In this document: in pieces, positions 1-10,781 of the stretch
Layout: each line of letters starts with the position of its first letter
Numbering within the stretch: the first letter of the stretch is position 1
Assembly: GCA_042408215.1 (NCBI GenBank)
Contig: JAYFMW010000020.1
Location: forward strand, 480,001 to 544,000
Source: Microcoleus sp.
Lineage (GTDB): Bacteria > Cyanobacteriota > Cyanobacteriia > Cyanobacteriales > Microcoleaceae
DNA length: 64,000 nucleotides
Direction of reading: 5' to 3'
Notes under the pieces: generated by a model
What the model was told of the DNA's origin: nothing
Databases searched by the model: none
Seen by the model: the letters and a program-made list of their open reading frames with translations, nothing else
Position numbers and translations under genes: made by a program

Positions 1-443
1 TTGAAGTCTTCCAGATCGATGACATATTCAGAGTTACACTCTATGTAAATAGGGACTCCACCTGCATGAACGATACTACTAGGAACTGCTGTGAAGGTAA
101 AAGCATTAGTCAATACTTTATTTCCATGCTTGACGCCACCTGCTTTCAGGGCTAAAAAGAGCGCACTTCCACAAGAATTAACTCCTATCACATACTTGTG
201 TTTTGTGTAGAGACTAAACTCATATTCTAATTTGGCTAATTCGGTTGCCAGTTCCTCATCGTCATCATTTAACTCAGGATGCTGGCGATAATTGCTCAAA
301 TCATCTGAGAAATTATAGCGATAAAGTCTTCCTGTTTGCATCAATTTTATCGCCTGCTCAATACCAGCTTGAGGAATGGGAGCGGGAGTTTTGAAACTCT
401 TATTAAAGAGAATCACTGATTGTTGTTCTTTTGTTTGTAGCAT
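1..443 (-). CDS. DegT/DnrJ/EryC1/StrS family PLP-dependent aminotransferase (partial, runs off left edge)
   Basis: Manual translation from ATG at 443: MLQTKEQQSVILFNK...LEYEFSLYTKHKYVIGVNSCGSALFLALKAGGVKHGNKVLTNAFTFTAVPSSIVHAGGVPIYIEC, a typical DegT N-terminus; not in the ORF track. Confidence 0.85.
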   Translation of the reverse strand, partial: MLQTKEQQSVILFNKSFKTPAPIPQAGIEQAIKLMQTGRLYRYNFSDDLSNYRQHPELNDDDEELATELAKLEYEFSLYTKHKYVIGVNSCGSALFLALKAGGVKHGNKVLTNAFTFTAVPSSIVHAGGVPIYIECNSEYVIDLEDF

Positions 444-998
444 AGTGTTATATTTCATTTTTTATCATTCCCTGATGGATGATTTTCCAATCATTTTGGT
501 TTCTGATGCGTGTAGATGGGTTTTCCTGTAAGGAATAAAGCGATCGGTAAACCCGATCGCTTAGTGAAATGCTTTATGTATAAAGAATCTCAGTCCTCAG
601 TCCCCAAAATCAGGGTTTTCCACTACAAGTACGAGAGAGCAATGATATGAAATTGAATCATGAGTGCTACAGATGATCCCCGCTCACCTCCCTTAGCAAA
701 GAGGGGAATGTGTAGCTAATATGTCGGGATTTCAGATTACACATCACAAACTAATGTGGTTAGCAGTGGTGTGAAAACTGGTGTAAACCAGGCTTTTTTA
801 GCCAATTTCCCCGAAAAATAGATGAATTGTTGCAGACATTAAGCAAATTATATGGCTACTTGAGGAGAATAAAGATTCCAAAATTCCAACTTTTGCGCGT
901 CTCAATAAACGCCACTAGACCGTGTATAATGCCATTTATCTGTTCAAAGCTCCCTCAAGCTACGTCTCAGACGATTTTACTCAACCTAACGCCAATCT

Positions 999-1979
999 AT
1001 GACCCTCACTGCTGACCCTAACTCCCACACGGACTCTCTGGTGGTGACTCGCCAGTTCGATGATATTGATGTTTGTGCCCAAGCTATCAAACAGTTGAAG
1101 CTCACTTGCACTCAGTTAACCTCTGGTCAGTTTGTGGGGAGAGTTAATTTTGCCGATTTGGGGAGTCTGAAGTTTACCGACGTTACCTATAATCAAGCCG
1201 TGAGAATAAAGGGGTTAAAGAGTCCTCAGCTCCTGGGATTTACGATCCCACTTCAAGGCGATCGCACACAGGTACTGGCTCATGGTTGCTCGATCAAAAA
1301 AAACGATCTATTTGGGTTCGATCCAACGAGAGAAAACGATATTACGACAGGGAAAGACGCTCACCTAGTCCTCGCCAACCTTGATTTGACCGTTTTCCAG
1401 TCCCTAGCCGAGCAAATGGGATACCATGACTTAGGGCAAAAGTTTCTCCGGCAAAATTCACTCCATTTCCATCCTGCTTCATTTCGCCATCTCAGAGCTT
1501 ATTATCAGCAACTCTCTCAAATGTTGATCGCCCAACCCTCATTATTAATGGAGTCGCAAGCACAATCCCACATCGTCGAAAATTTCTTGCCGTTGCTGAT
1601 GGATACGCTCGGAGCGGGTATCCGACAAAAAAAGCCGATCGTAAAAACTTTACGCCGTTACCCCATAGTGAAAAAAGCCGAAGAAATTGCCCAATCCTAC
1701 ATTGACAAACCCTTAACCCTTAAACAATTGTGCGACGCATTGGAAACCAGCAGTAGCGCCTTAGCTTATGGCTTTCAAGATATTTTCCGTCTAAGTCCAA
1801 TGGCGTATATCAAGATTCAACGACTTAATGGGGTACGTCGCGCTTTAAAAAAAGCTGACTCTGACACAACAATGGTGATGCAGTTGGCTCATGAGTGGGG
1901 ATTTTGGAGTCCGGGGCATTTTGCCAGAGATTACAAAGAAATGTTCGGTGAGTTGCCATCAGAAACGCTGCGACGGTAG
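999..1979 (+). CDS. AraC family transcriptional regulator (EutR-like)
   Basis: C-terminal double HTH: LTLKQLCDALETSSSALAYGF...LAHEWGFWSPGHFARDYKEMFGELPSETL. Confidence 0.9.
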   Translation: MTLTADPNSHTDSLVVTRQFDDIDVCAQAIKQLKLTCTQLTSGQFVGRVNFADLGSLKFTDVTYNQAVRIKGLKSPQLLGFTIPLQGDRTQVLAHGCSIKKNDLFGFDPTRENDITTGKDAHLVLANLDLTVFQSLAEQMGYHDLGQKFLRQNSLHFHPASFRHLRAYYQQLSQMLIAQPSLLMESQAQSHIVENFLPLLMDTLGAGIRQKKPIVKTLRRYPIVKKAEEIAQSYIDKPLTLKQLCDALETSSSALAYGFQDIFRLSPMAYIKIQRLNGVRRALKKADSDTTMVMQLAHEWGFWSPGHFARDYKEMFGELPSETLRR

Positions 1980-2267
1980 TTTTAAATCAGAGTCAAGAAA
2001 AACCTAGTCGCATGAGGGCGTCAGAAACCGGGTTTCTTCACTAAATCTTGGCGATCGGGCATACCTTTGTCGCAGAAACCCGGTTTCTTTTTCGAGTTTT
2101 TATTAAATCTTCAAATTATGAGTGGGATCAATTGCAGTGGCTTGCTCTTGTTCAGCCAGTATCTCAGCTATTAGCTTTCAGCTTTCTGCCCCGAAAGTAG
2201 TAAAAAACTTGTCTTTGAACATAAAAAAATCACAAATTTCAGCGCGTCCTCAGAGTAGTTATTGGAA

Positions 2268-3851
2268 TCATTCTTTACTTGCAATATTAACAGGAAATAG
2301 AATACATTCTTGCAGCAAGGTATCCATAAATTTTTTCCGCAGAATGCGCTGGATCTGAAGATGCTTTCCCGGCTTTACCTTCGTCATTGTCCGTAGCAAT
2401 AAGTTAGACTCGCTTAAACTTGCCACGCCATCTACCTGTGTGGGTTCAAGTACATCTGAATAATTTGCTTTTAACTCTTGTCCTATCTCTTCAATTACTT
2501 GATAGACTTTGGCTAAGTTGGCATTATAAGGTACGCAAAATTCCACTACTGCAAATATGTATTGTTTGGAGTAATTGGTAATTGAGCCAATATCCCCATT
2601 GCGAATAATCTGTAATTGACCATTGGGATGTCGGATGCGGGTGGTTCTCAGTTCGATCGCCTCAACAGTACCCTCTACTGTTTTCTCTTCGGCCTTCCCC
2701 GCCTCAATATAGTCACCCACTAAATAGTAGTTTTCAAACAGAATAAAGAAGCCGCTGACTATATCGTTGATTAGTGTCTGTGCGCCTAAACCTACAGCTA
2801 TCCCAACAATACCCGCACCAGCCAGTATGGGAGTTGGATTAATGTCGAGGGTATAAAGGATAGAAATCCCAACGGTGAAATAAACTAAGTATTGCAACAA
2901 ACTCCGAAACAGAGGAATCAGAGTTAAGCGTCTGCTTGTTTGTGTCTCAGTCAAATTATGGTCTTTAAATAGCACTTCTTCCACAAGTAAGTAGATCACC
3001 TCAAACAACACCTGACTTATGAAAATAATCGCAATGATCTTGATAATTCGCAGACCAAAATCGGACAGTTTGGTGATTAACTCCACTTGCTGAGTTACCA
3101 ATGTTGCTATGCAGACGTAGAGCGCAAATTCCAGACACCGCTTCAAAAGGGGGATCAGGTGTTTTAGGCGATCGTAGAATCTCAATAGGCGATCGGGGCT
3201 GGAGTATCTGAGGGTGAGAACATCTAGGGTATCAACGATCGCAGCAACTGCTTTGAGTATGAGTAATCCGACAGCAACGATCAGATAGATCCGCAATGCG
3301 ATCGACAGATAGTCTGAAACTACTCCTGGTAATTTGAGAAACTGAGTACAGGAAACGATCGCCCACAGCCAAATTCCCCATTTGATTCTTTGATAAAGTG
3401 ATCTAAAGAAAGCATCAATACTTTCGTCGTCAGCGGTGCTTTTGTCTATGTTCTTGACGCGAGTGCTCGCTACCTTCAGGCAATACTTGAGGACTTTCAG
3501 AGCGATCGCTGCTACAATTACGGTGCCAATACTTTGAGCTATGCCAATTCCCAGTGTGAGCCAAAATTCAGATGGGATACGGAGAATTAAGTCCAGTGTG
3601 TATTTTTCCAGGTCTTCACCTCGATAGAGCAGGAAACCATTAGCACCGACAATCAAAATACACAGCACCGAGCAAGCAAGTAACAACAATCCTGTGCTCT
3701 GACGACGCAGGATTTTGATCCCTCTATCGTCGAGCTTAAATATTGATAATTTGATCGATAGCTTGGATAGATTTCCGACCAGCCAAGTTAAGAACAGAAA
3801 AATAATTATGACCAGGCAGACTTCAGCCAAGATAATTAATAGGCTCATCAT
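2268..3851 (-). CDS. MscS family mechanosensitive channel (long N-terminal membrane region)
   Basis: ILAGAGIVGIAVGLGAQTLINDIVSGFFILFE...VGDYI...GTVEAIELRTTRIR signature. Confidence 0.9.
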   Translation of the reverse strand: MMSLLIILAEVCLVIIIFLFLTWLVGNLSKLSIKLSIFKLDDRGIKILRRQSTGLLLLACSVLCILIVGANGFLLYRGEDLEKYTLDLILRIPSEFWLTLGIGIAQSIGTVIVAAIALKVLKYCLKVASTRVKNIDKSTADDESIDAFFRSLYQRIKWGIWLWAIVSCTQFLKLPGVVSDYLSIALRIYLIVAVGLLILKAVAAIVDTLDVLTLRYSSPDRLLRFYDRLKHLIPLLKRCLEFALYVCIATLVTQQVELITKLSDFGLRIIKIIAIIFISQVLFEVIYLLVEEVLFKDHNLTETQTSRRLTLIPLFRSLLQYLVYFTVGISILYTLDINPTPILAGAGIVGIAVGLGAQTLINDIVSGFFILFENYYLVGDYIEAGKAEEKTVEGTVEAIELRTTRIRHPNGQLQIIRNGDIGSITNYSKQYIFAVVEFCVPYNANLAKVYQVIEEIGQELKANYSDVLEPTQVDGVASLSESNLLLRTMTKVKPGKHLQIQRILRKKFMDTLLQECILFPVNIASKE

Positions 3852-4232
3852 TTTTTATTCGGTTGTTTTTCGGAGAATTTTCGTAGATTAAATCCCCAAC
3901 ATTCACCCACAAATCGTACAACTAAGAGTGACTTTTGGCAGTTTCTAACATTCTGGGGTGAGTGGGAGAACAGAATTTAAAATTGAGATAGTGCTTGGTC
4001 TACATCTTCTATTATCTCACTTTTAATCACTTTAAATTCAATCAATTGATTTAGGCTAGTAGGGTGCGTCAGCTAGAACCCTTACGCTGAACGGAAAACC
4101 TTGTACGGGCTCTCTTGCCATTCGCCCCTACGCACCCTACGCCCCTAAGTTTAAATGCCGAACAGCTTATCGTGCCGACTTACTTACATTAATTTGGGGT
4201 TAAATTCGAGCTTAAATAACTTTTTAAGCTTC

Positions 4233-5586
4233 TTAGTTTTGTGATTTAGCTATCCTAAACCCCGCGTGTTGATAAAAATTGGGACGGAACCAATTGCGAT
4301 AAAACTTTAAGGCTTCTGTGCCATTTGTCACCCAAGCACCACCCAACATCATCTTATGTTGGCTATCAAAATAAGGTGCTGCATAATTTTCATAAAGAAA
4401 ATGGGTTTTAAATCCTGGTAATGGATTAAAATCATCATTCAACCATTCCCAAACATTCCCCCGTAAATCGTACAATCCAGAAGAACTTTCGGCTTGTTTC
4501 AATATACCGACTGGGCTAGGCGAACCAAATTTCAAATTGAGATTGAAATCATTTATCGTATCTAATGCAATGCTTTTTGCATAAGCATCAGAGCCATAAG
4601 TTGCTAAATTCCATTCCGCTTCACTCATTAAGCGAATTCCCTCACCTTTCCAGCGACAGTAAGCCATTGCTTCATAATGATTGACTTCCACTGGCCAATC
4701 TAAAGGGAGTTCAATTTCATCAAACATAGCTCGATATTTGTAACTACCATTATTAGGTATCCAAAATTGGGGATGTTTGACATTATATTCAGTTTTCCAA
4801 CCCCAAGATTCTTCATCCCAATAATCTTGTTTTTCGTAGCCACCAGCAGTAACAAATTCCTTGAAATTCTGCATTGGTGATCATATACTTACTGGCTGAA
4901 AATGGTTCAACCTTAACTTGACGATAACCATATTCACAATCCCAACCATAAAGGGAGGAATCTTCGGGTTTACCAAGTTCAACCAACCCACCAGAAACTT
5001 CGATCATTTCATTATGGGAAATGTTGTTATTAGAAGGTGCATATTGCCATCCGTCAGGACATTCAACTTTCTCTACAGGAAGTTGTCGGATTAGCATGGA
5101 AGAAGTTTCAAAATGAATGCGCTGATGTTCGATACCCATCATCAACGCCCAAAGGGGATGATTTTGATGAATTGGGAGATTAAGTGGCGTGTTTTTAATC
5201 ACTTCTGAAATGATTTCATAAGCTTGGTGGCGATATTCCCAAACCTTTGCTACTTCCGGCCATTGAATATGAGAAATGGCGGCATTGAGTTCATCAGGAG
5301 TTTGCGGATCTACCCCAAATCCAAATATTAATTCATAATCTGGGAGCAGAACTTTTTCCAACAAATTAACCCAGCTTAATTTGTTCATGTAAAAAGCCGC
5401 AGAATGACCTAAGTAAAAAATTAGGGGGTTCCTTAAGGAATCAGGATTGAGATAAAATGTTTCTGCTCCAACCATGCTTTTCATCAGCACATCTTCCATT
5501 TCCCAGGCGTTTTGAAAATAACTGAGAATGGCTTCTATGCTACAAGTATTCAGTGGGATTGGGTGTTGAAATTTGAGACTATTCAT
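4233..5586 (-). pseudogene. Short OvoA/EgtB-like sulfoxide synthase (DinB + FGE-sulfatase domains) split by a +1 frameshift near 4865
   Basis: ORFs 4813..5586 and 4233..4874 join as YMITNAEF/KEFVTAGGY if one T is removed; metal motif HQRIHFE, RNPLIFYLGH, GNVWEW, FYQHAGFR; no C-terminal methyltransferase domain. Confidence 0.8.
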
Positions 5587-5883
5587 GATGGCAATTTTTG
5601 TTTTTCAATGGGTTGGAATACTAATCAGATAAGTCTAGGCATTCTCAATGCACAACATGGCTTTTTTGGCAATGTAAGTACATTTAAATTTGATTCTTTG
5701 ATTCTCTTTTTGATTGTAAATGGCTTGATTGCTGAATAAATCCGTGTCAAAATTGCCTTGACAACGCCACTTTAAATGCTCAAGCATATTATCGCATAAA
5801 TTAAGTCGTCATCTTGAGTATTTTGGTAAAATTTGTTGGCATCCATTCACAGGCAAGAATTCATTCTTGCCGTAAATGGATGC

Positions 5884-7002
5884 TCAATTGTTGGTTGCTT
5901 GTAGACTCTGTTTATATTTTTCCGGCTCAGTTCTAAGTTCCACATGAAGGAAATCAATTCCCTCTTGTTCTAGTAATTCTAGGATAGCTAGATTTAAGTT
6001 TTTCTCAGCATCAAAGTAGAGATTGTCATCATTAACAAAAGCAACGACTTTAATGACTCTGGCATTATTTTCAATCTTGCTAAAACGAACTATTATTTCT
6101 TTCGATAAGCCCTTAATATTTGAGGGCATTTCTCGAATAGCATCGCATATTCTGGCAGTTTGCTTGGCTGAGATACCATCAATTTTGAGAGTTAAACTAA
6201 GACCCCACTTTAATTCACTACCAGGATTTTGTGACCAATTCTCTACAATGCCAGAAATCATTTTAGAATTCGGCATTTTCATTATAGAACCCCACTGATA
6301 TATATGCAGAGTTGTGGTTCTGAATCCGATATGGAGTATCTGCACAAAACCCTCTACTCCTGATATTCCCACCCAGTCACCTTCTCGATAGAGATTATCG
6401 GAGTAAATAATCAATGTACAAAACCAATCATAAACGATATCCTTCAACAGCAAACCAAAAGTGATACCAGCACCGCCTAATAGACCAACCAATGCAGCGG
6501 CAGATTGTCCTAAAAATATCTCACTTATCTTGATTGCCAATACAATAATTGCTGCTGATTGAAAAATCTTTGGCATTAAAGGTCTGAGCAATTCATCAAG
6601 CTCTGTTTCAGTGTGTAGCAATATGTTGGCTATTACCTGACCCAAAATAGAAGAGCCTCGGTAAACAACATAAGCAACTATGAAAATGACTATGTAGTTG
6701 AGCGTACTACCGATGGTTTGGTTCAGTTGAGAGCCTAAATTCTCTGCCAGAATTTCTTTGCTCAGTGAAAATCCACCAATCAGAATCAGCCAACTTGAAG
6801 CCGGCTTGATAATTGCAATCAACTCATCATCAAGTGTCGTTTCGGTTTTTTTAGTAAAACGCTCAATGGTTTTAACAATGACTGAAACAAAAAATCTCCT
6901 TAATGTCTGTGTCAACGTCAGGATAATGATAACAATAGCGATTTTGGCAATCGGTATGCCGGAGTAATTGATATTTTTTAGCGTATCCCAAACTGCTTCC
7001 AT
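5884..7002 (-). CDS. MscS family mechanosensitive channel
   Basis: GLLGGAGITFGLLLKD...YREGDWV...GFVQILHIGFRTTTL...MPNSKM. Confidence 0.85.
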   Translation of the reverse strand: MEAVWDTLKNINYSGIPIAKIAIVIIILTLTQTLRRFFVSVIVKTIERFTKKTETTLDDELIAIIKPASSWLILIGGFSLSKEILAENLGSQLNQTIGSTLNYIVIFIVAYVVYRGSSILGQVIANILLHTETELDELLRPLMPKIFQSAAIIVLAIKISEIFLGQSAAALVGLLGGAGITFGLLLKDIVYDWFCTLIIYSDNLYREGDWVGISGVEGFVQILHIGFRTTTLHIYQWGSIMKMPNSKMISGIVENWSQNPGSELKWGLSLTLKIDGISAKQTARICDAIREMPSNIKGLSKEIIVRFSKIENNARVIKVVAFVNDDNLYFDAEKNLNLAILELLEQEGIDFLHVELRTEPEKYKQSLQATNN

Positions 7003-7465
7003 AGGTTAGCCAACGGGTAATTGAGTTTTTGTACTTGATCAAGAAACTATTGGGAGAAATCCGCCTAAGTTATTTTTTAGTAACGGAAAAAATTTATCCC
7101 GTTTAGCGAGTCAGTAATAAGTAATTAGATATTACCAGACTTTAGAGCAAAAATATAAGAAATATATGAGATGGCCCAAATTTGGTTGTTGCGTAGTTAG
7201 AGTAAATGTTCGCTACCTTTACCCCAACCAGGGAGAGGAGGGTGTTTCTTACTCCTTTCCCTGGTTGGGCGGGACTCCTGACTTTGCCACCTTCATCACC
7301 GTCCCTGAGCCGCCGTTGCGGCTCCGGATCGACTATCGCTTCAGTGAGGGTGATGATGATGTTTGGGATTCACTTGAATTACGATTTTTCCTTGCTTTCC
7401 AGCTAGATACTCAATCTTTAAAATTAATTCATCGGTGAATCTGAAGTTGCCCAAAAGGGCGGTGT

Positions 7466-9019
7466 TTAGTTCAAATTGGCCAACACAACCTTTGAGTCGT
7501 CGGAGGAAGCGTCACTAACCATCCCTGAATATTCGCCGTTATAGTTGGTAAATTCAGACGGAGATCTCCGAATATTAGATAGACGAATTTGCCAATCGGA
7601 AACCTGCTCGTAGGTAAGGTGATTAGTATTGGAAGTCGTTGTCCATACCCCCCAAAGACAGGTGTCTTCAAACTGTAGCATTCCTGATTTCCGCAAGCTA
7701 TAAGATTGGGGAGTTCCGGGCAAGGGAATAATGCTGTAGCACGAAGTCTGAAATTCCAATTGAGGGTTAATCTCTACCAGTTGATCCACCAGTTCTGAGA
7801 TGGCTTCCTCAAGACGTAACAAGTCCTCATGGTCATCATCGGGTAGCCCGATAATGATGCCATAAGCAATGACAGGTACACCAGTTCTAACTACAGATTT
7901 CATCAACGTACAATGCTCTTGCCAAGGCACGAGCTTCTTGTAGGCTTCTCGTCCAAAAACGGGACGTTCGGCAGGGATATAAGCCAAAGGACAACCGACT
8001 TTGCCGTCCCAGCCAAACAGTGCTTCAATCAGTTCTTCGTCAGGTCTGAGGTCGCTGCTTTCGTAGTTACGCCCAGCGCCGAGAGTTGTTTTCCTCAGTT
8101 CCAAACCATTCGGCCACATGAGTGTTATTCCCATCTCCCGCGCACCATTGGTAATGTCGAGGATCTCTTGTCGCCCCTCAGGAAAGAGTCCGCGGGCGAG
8201 GAATTGATCGGAACCGATATTGATCGAACGAGCCCCCGCTTCTTTCTGAATCGCCAACCATTTGAGGGATGTTTGTGGGGACATTCTCCGAAAGCCAGTG
8301 CCGTAGGTGGGTGTCATGCAAAAATCGCAGGTGCGATCGCAACCAATGTCAGCCACCAGTGAACCTACTGGAACAGTTCCCTGGACATTGGGAAGTGTCC
8401 CTAAACATTCCCGCGCCACTTCCACTGAGGGTAGTGCCCACTCCTCTGGACTTTTGGCTTTAGCCTTCCTGGGATACTGTTTACCATCTGCGAGAATGAC
8501 ACCCGTGAGTTCTTCTCGTGGGGTTTTTCCGAGTACATAGTCAAAAATAGCCCAATTCGCTGCCCCGGATTTATCCTGAACGACTGCTGCTGCGCCAGCC
8601 TTCAAGTAATGGTGCGGTTCAGCGAAAGCATCCGATCCGCCAACGACAATGGGACGACCTCCCTGAGCCAGATGCTCAATCACCATACAAGTGACTTGAC
8701 GATCTTGGGAGAAATTCACTGTAATTCCCCAAGCATCGAAGGCGTGGGGATCGAGGGCGGAAATTTTGCCCCCGACGTAGGTTTTCCGCAGAGTCATCCC
8801 TTTCCAGACAATCTCCCCAAATTCTTGACTATAATTATCATCTCTGAGGTTTACCAATCGGGCATCAAATCCTCCTGCTTGCAAGTCAGGGATCAAAACT
8901 TGCTTGCTGATTAAGGAACGATGTCTATATAAAGAAGTCCAATTTTTGCCTTCTGCATCATAGAGTCCCGTTGCTGGAGGTTCAATCAGTCCAATTGTGG
9001 GATACTTGTTGTCTACCAT
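7466..9019 (-). CDS. Radical SAM protein with N-terminal B12-binding-like domain
   Basis: CxxxCxxC motif GCDRTCDFC, upstream PIVVGGSDA, NGLE and IIGLPDD motifs. Confidence 0.8.
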   Translation of the reverse strand: MVDNKYPTIGLIEPPATGLYDAEGKNWTSLYRHRSLISKQVLIPDLQAGGFDARLVNLRDDNYSQEFGEIVWKGMTLRKTYVGGKISALDPHAFDAWGITVNFSQDRQVTCMVIEHLAQGGRPIVVGGSDAFAEPHHYLKAGAAAVVQDKSGAANWAIFDYVLGKTPREELTGVILADGKQYPRKAKAKSPEEWALPSVEVARECLGTLPNVQGTVPVGSLVADIGCDRTCDFCMTPTYGTGFRRMSPQTSLKWLAIQKEAGARSINIGSDQFLARGLFPEGRQEILDITNGAREMGITLMWPNGLELRKTTLGAGRNYESSDLRPDEELIEALFGWDGKVGCPLAYIPAERPVFGREAYKKLVPWQEHCTLMKSVVRTGVPVIAYGIIIGLPDDDHEDLLRLEEAISELVDQLVEINPQLEFQTSCYSIIPLPGTPQSYSLRKSGMLQFEDTCLWGVWTTTSNTNHLTYEQVSDWQIRLSNIRRSPSEFTNYNGEYSGMVSDASSDDSKVVLANLN

Positions 9020-9233
9020 AGTCGAGGGTGGGGAATGTGGGATCAGAAAATGGCATTTTCGATGGCTCGCGATCGCCTACGGCATCCAGGAAGCCGATCG
9101 CAACTCCTTGGCGATAGGACAAGTCGGTGAGCCAATTTTTCATACAAACCAATGATAGGGGAAAAATATATGAAATATATGAGAAGGAAAAAATTTCTGA
9201 TTTTCTTTTCTTATTCATTCCCCCGCTGTTTGG

Positions 9234-9335
9234 CTATACCGCTTCATCCTGAACTGGTAACGTGAAATAAAAGGAGCTTCCTGCGCCCAACACACTCTGG
9301 GCCCAAATCTGTCCCTGGTGCTGTTGAACTATGCT
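9234..9335 (-). pseudogene. C-terminal HATPase fragment of a sensor histidine kinase
   Basis: Manual translation SIVQQHQGQIWAQSVLGAGSSFYFTLPVQDEAV*; abuts the IS607-type right end. Confidence 0.75.
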
Positions 9336-9416
9336 GCTCGACAAATCCTAAACAAGTCTAGACATTCGCTTCTTACTTCAACGGGAGCATGGGAGCGGTT
9401 ATCCCTCAATAAGCTT

Positions 9417-10493
9417 TCACGATGCCGCCAAACGCGATAAATTAATTGCGGCATTCAAATCTCTGTCTATCGAATGACCGCAACTTCCACAGTTGTAGGT
9501 TCTTTCTTTTAGGGACATATCTTGGATCTGCCCACAGCTTGAACAGGTTTTGCTTGACGGAAACCAGCGACTAGCCATGATTATTTCACAGCCAAACTTT
9601 TTCGCTTTATACTCTAACTGACGCTTGAATTCGTAAAAGCCACAGTCCGCTATAACTTGAGCGAGTTTGTGATTTGACAGCATCCCGGAAACATTTAAAT
9701 CTTCTACTACTATTTTTGCGTGGTTTTTACATAAGTAGGTAGTGATTTGATGCAGAGTATCCTTTCTGAGACTCGCCACCTTAGCGTGATGTTTTGCTAG
9801 CTTGGTTTTGGCTTTATACCTATTACTAGAGCCTTGAGTCTTTCTTGACAACTCCTTTGACAGCCTACGCAACTTACTGAGATGCGTTTTGTAATGTCTT
9901 GGATTAGCAAAAACAACTCCTGTTGAAAGCGTTGCTAATTCCTTAACCCCTAAATCAACTCCCACAACATCCTGTTGCTTTACAGTTGGTTCATGTTCTT
10001 GTTCGTAAGCAAAAGCCATAAACCAACTGTCAGCAGTTCGAGATATCGTGATTGACTTGCAGGTGGTGTGAGGCAATCCCTCATAGGTTTTCACCCAGCC
10101 GATTGTTGGCAACTTTATGGACGTACCTCCCACGGCTATAGGCTTACCACCTGCATCAATCGTGAAGGAATCATGATGCCCTTTCTTCTTAAACTTGGGG
10201 TATCCACTTTTCTTTGAGAAGAAACGAGAGAAAGAATCCCCTAGATTGTCAAAGGCATATTGGGTGATTTTTGGGCAGATACCAGCCTCTTTAATCCACG
10301 TAAACTCAGGTTTTACATGATTATTAAAGAATTTCTTGAGGAGGTATTTATTTGGCTTCAATCCATCTCGATCAAGGTTACTCCAAGTAGCTAATCCCCA
10401 ATTATAAGTAAACCTTGCTATTCCAGCGTGCTTGCTCATTATTGTGGCTTGACTCTTGCTTAGCTTTAGCTTTGTTTTGATGGACAGAAGCAT
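9417..10493 (-). CDS. tnpB: RNA-guided endonuclease TnpB (IS607/IS200-IS605 OrfB)
   Basis: RuvC residues GVDLG, VVEDL, DRDLNAAIN and zinc finger CSSC...CGSC all present. Confidence 0.92.
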   Translation of the reverse strand: MLLSIKTKLKLSKSQATIMSKHAGIARFTYNWGLATWSNLDRDGLKPNKYLLKKFFNNHVKPEFTWIKEAGICPKITQYAFDNLGDSFSRFFSKKSGYPKFKKKGHHDSFTIDAGGKPIAVGGTSIKLPTIGWVKTYEGLPHTTCKSITISRTADSWFMAFAYEQEHEPTVKQQDVVGVDLGVKELATLSTGVVFANPRHYKTHLSKLRRLSKELSRKTQGSSNRYKAKTKLAKHHAKVASLRKDTLHQITTYLCKNHAKIVVEDLNVSGMLSNHKLAQVIADCGFYEFKRQLEYKAKKFGCEIIMASRWFPSSKTCSSCGQIQDMSLKERTYNCGSCGHSIDRDLNAAINLSRLAAS

Positions 10494-10502
10494 TGTTCGA
10501 CC

Positions 10503-10710
10503 TCAACACTGGATTTCTATGTTCAATTCTGCCACGTCTTGTACGGGTTTGTCAATAGCCTTTTTTCGGTGCTCCTTGATTTCTTTGGAGTAATTTCGTA
10601 GACCGTACAACCGACAAGAAAAATAATGGATGATTGCCATTAAATCCTCTACTAATTCATGTTGGGGAGATAGTGACTCTTGATTGGCGACTGCGATCTC
10701 ACATCCGACT
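10503..10710 (-). pseudogene. tnpA: IS607 serine resolvase TnpA, C-terminal remnant
   Basis: Manual translation GCEIAVANQESLSPQHELVEDLMAIIHYFSCRLYGLRNYSK...IQC*. Confidence 0.8.
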
Positions 10711-10781
10711 TTTGAACATGGTACAGGTCAGAGGTTTGCCCAGGATTGTACTACTTTGTTTATTTATTTGCTAGCTAGGTA

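Larger units (their letters stand above)
9334..10710 (-). mobile_element. IS607-family element, left part missing (tnpA 3' remnant + tnpB + right end)
   Basis: Resolvase tail upstream of tnpB; right end ...gtctagacttgtttaggatttgtcgagcag on the minus strand. Confidence 0.7.

Noticed and set aside
2025..2090. AGAAACCGGGTTTCT palindromes (also 22175-22240)
   Set aside because: Common dispersed cyanobacterial repeat, not locus-specific
7166..7438. 90-aa plus-strand ORF, or a definite SAM/cobalamin riboswitch or tRNA-Sec call
   Set aside because: No recognisable protein family and only fragmentary similarity to those RNA consensuses; kept only as an unassigned structured element
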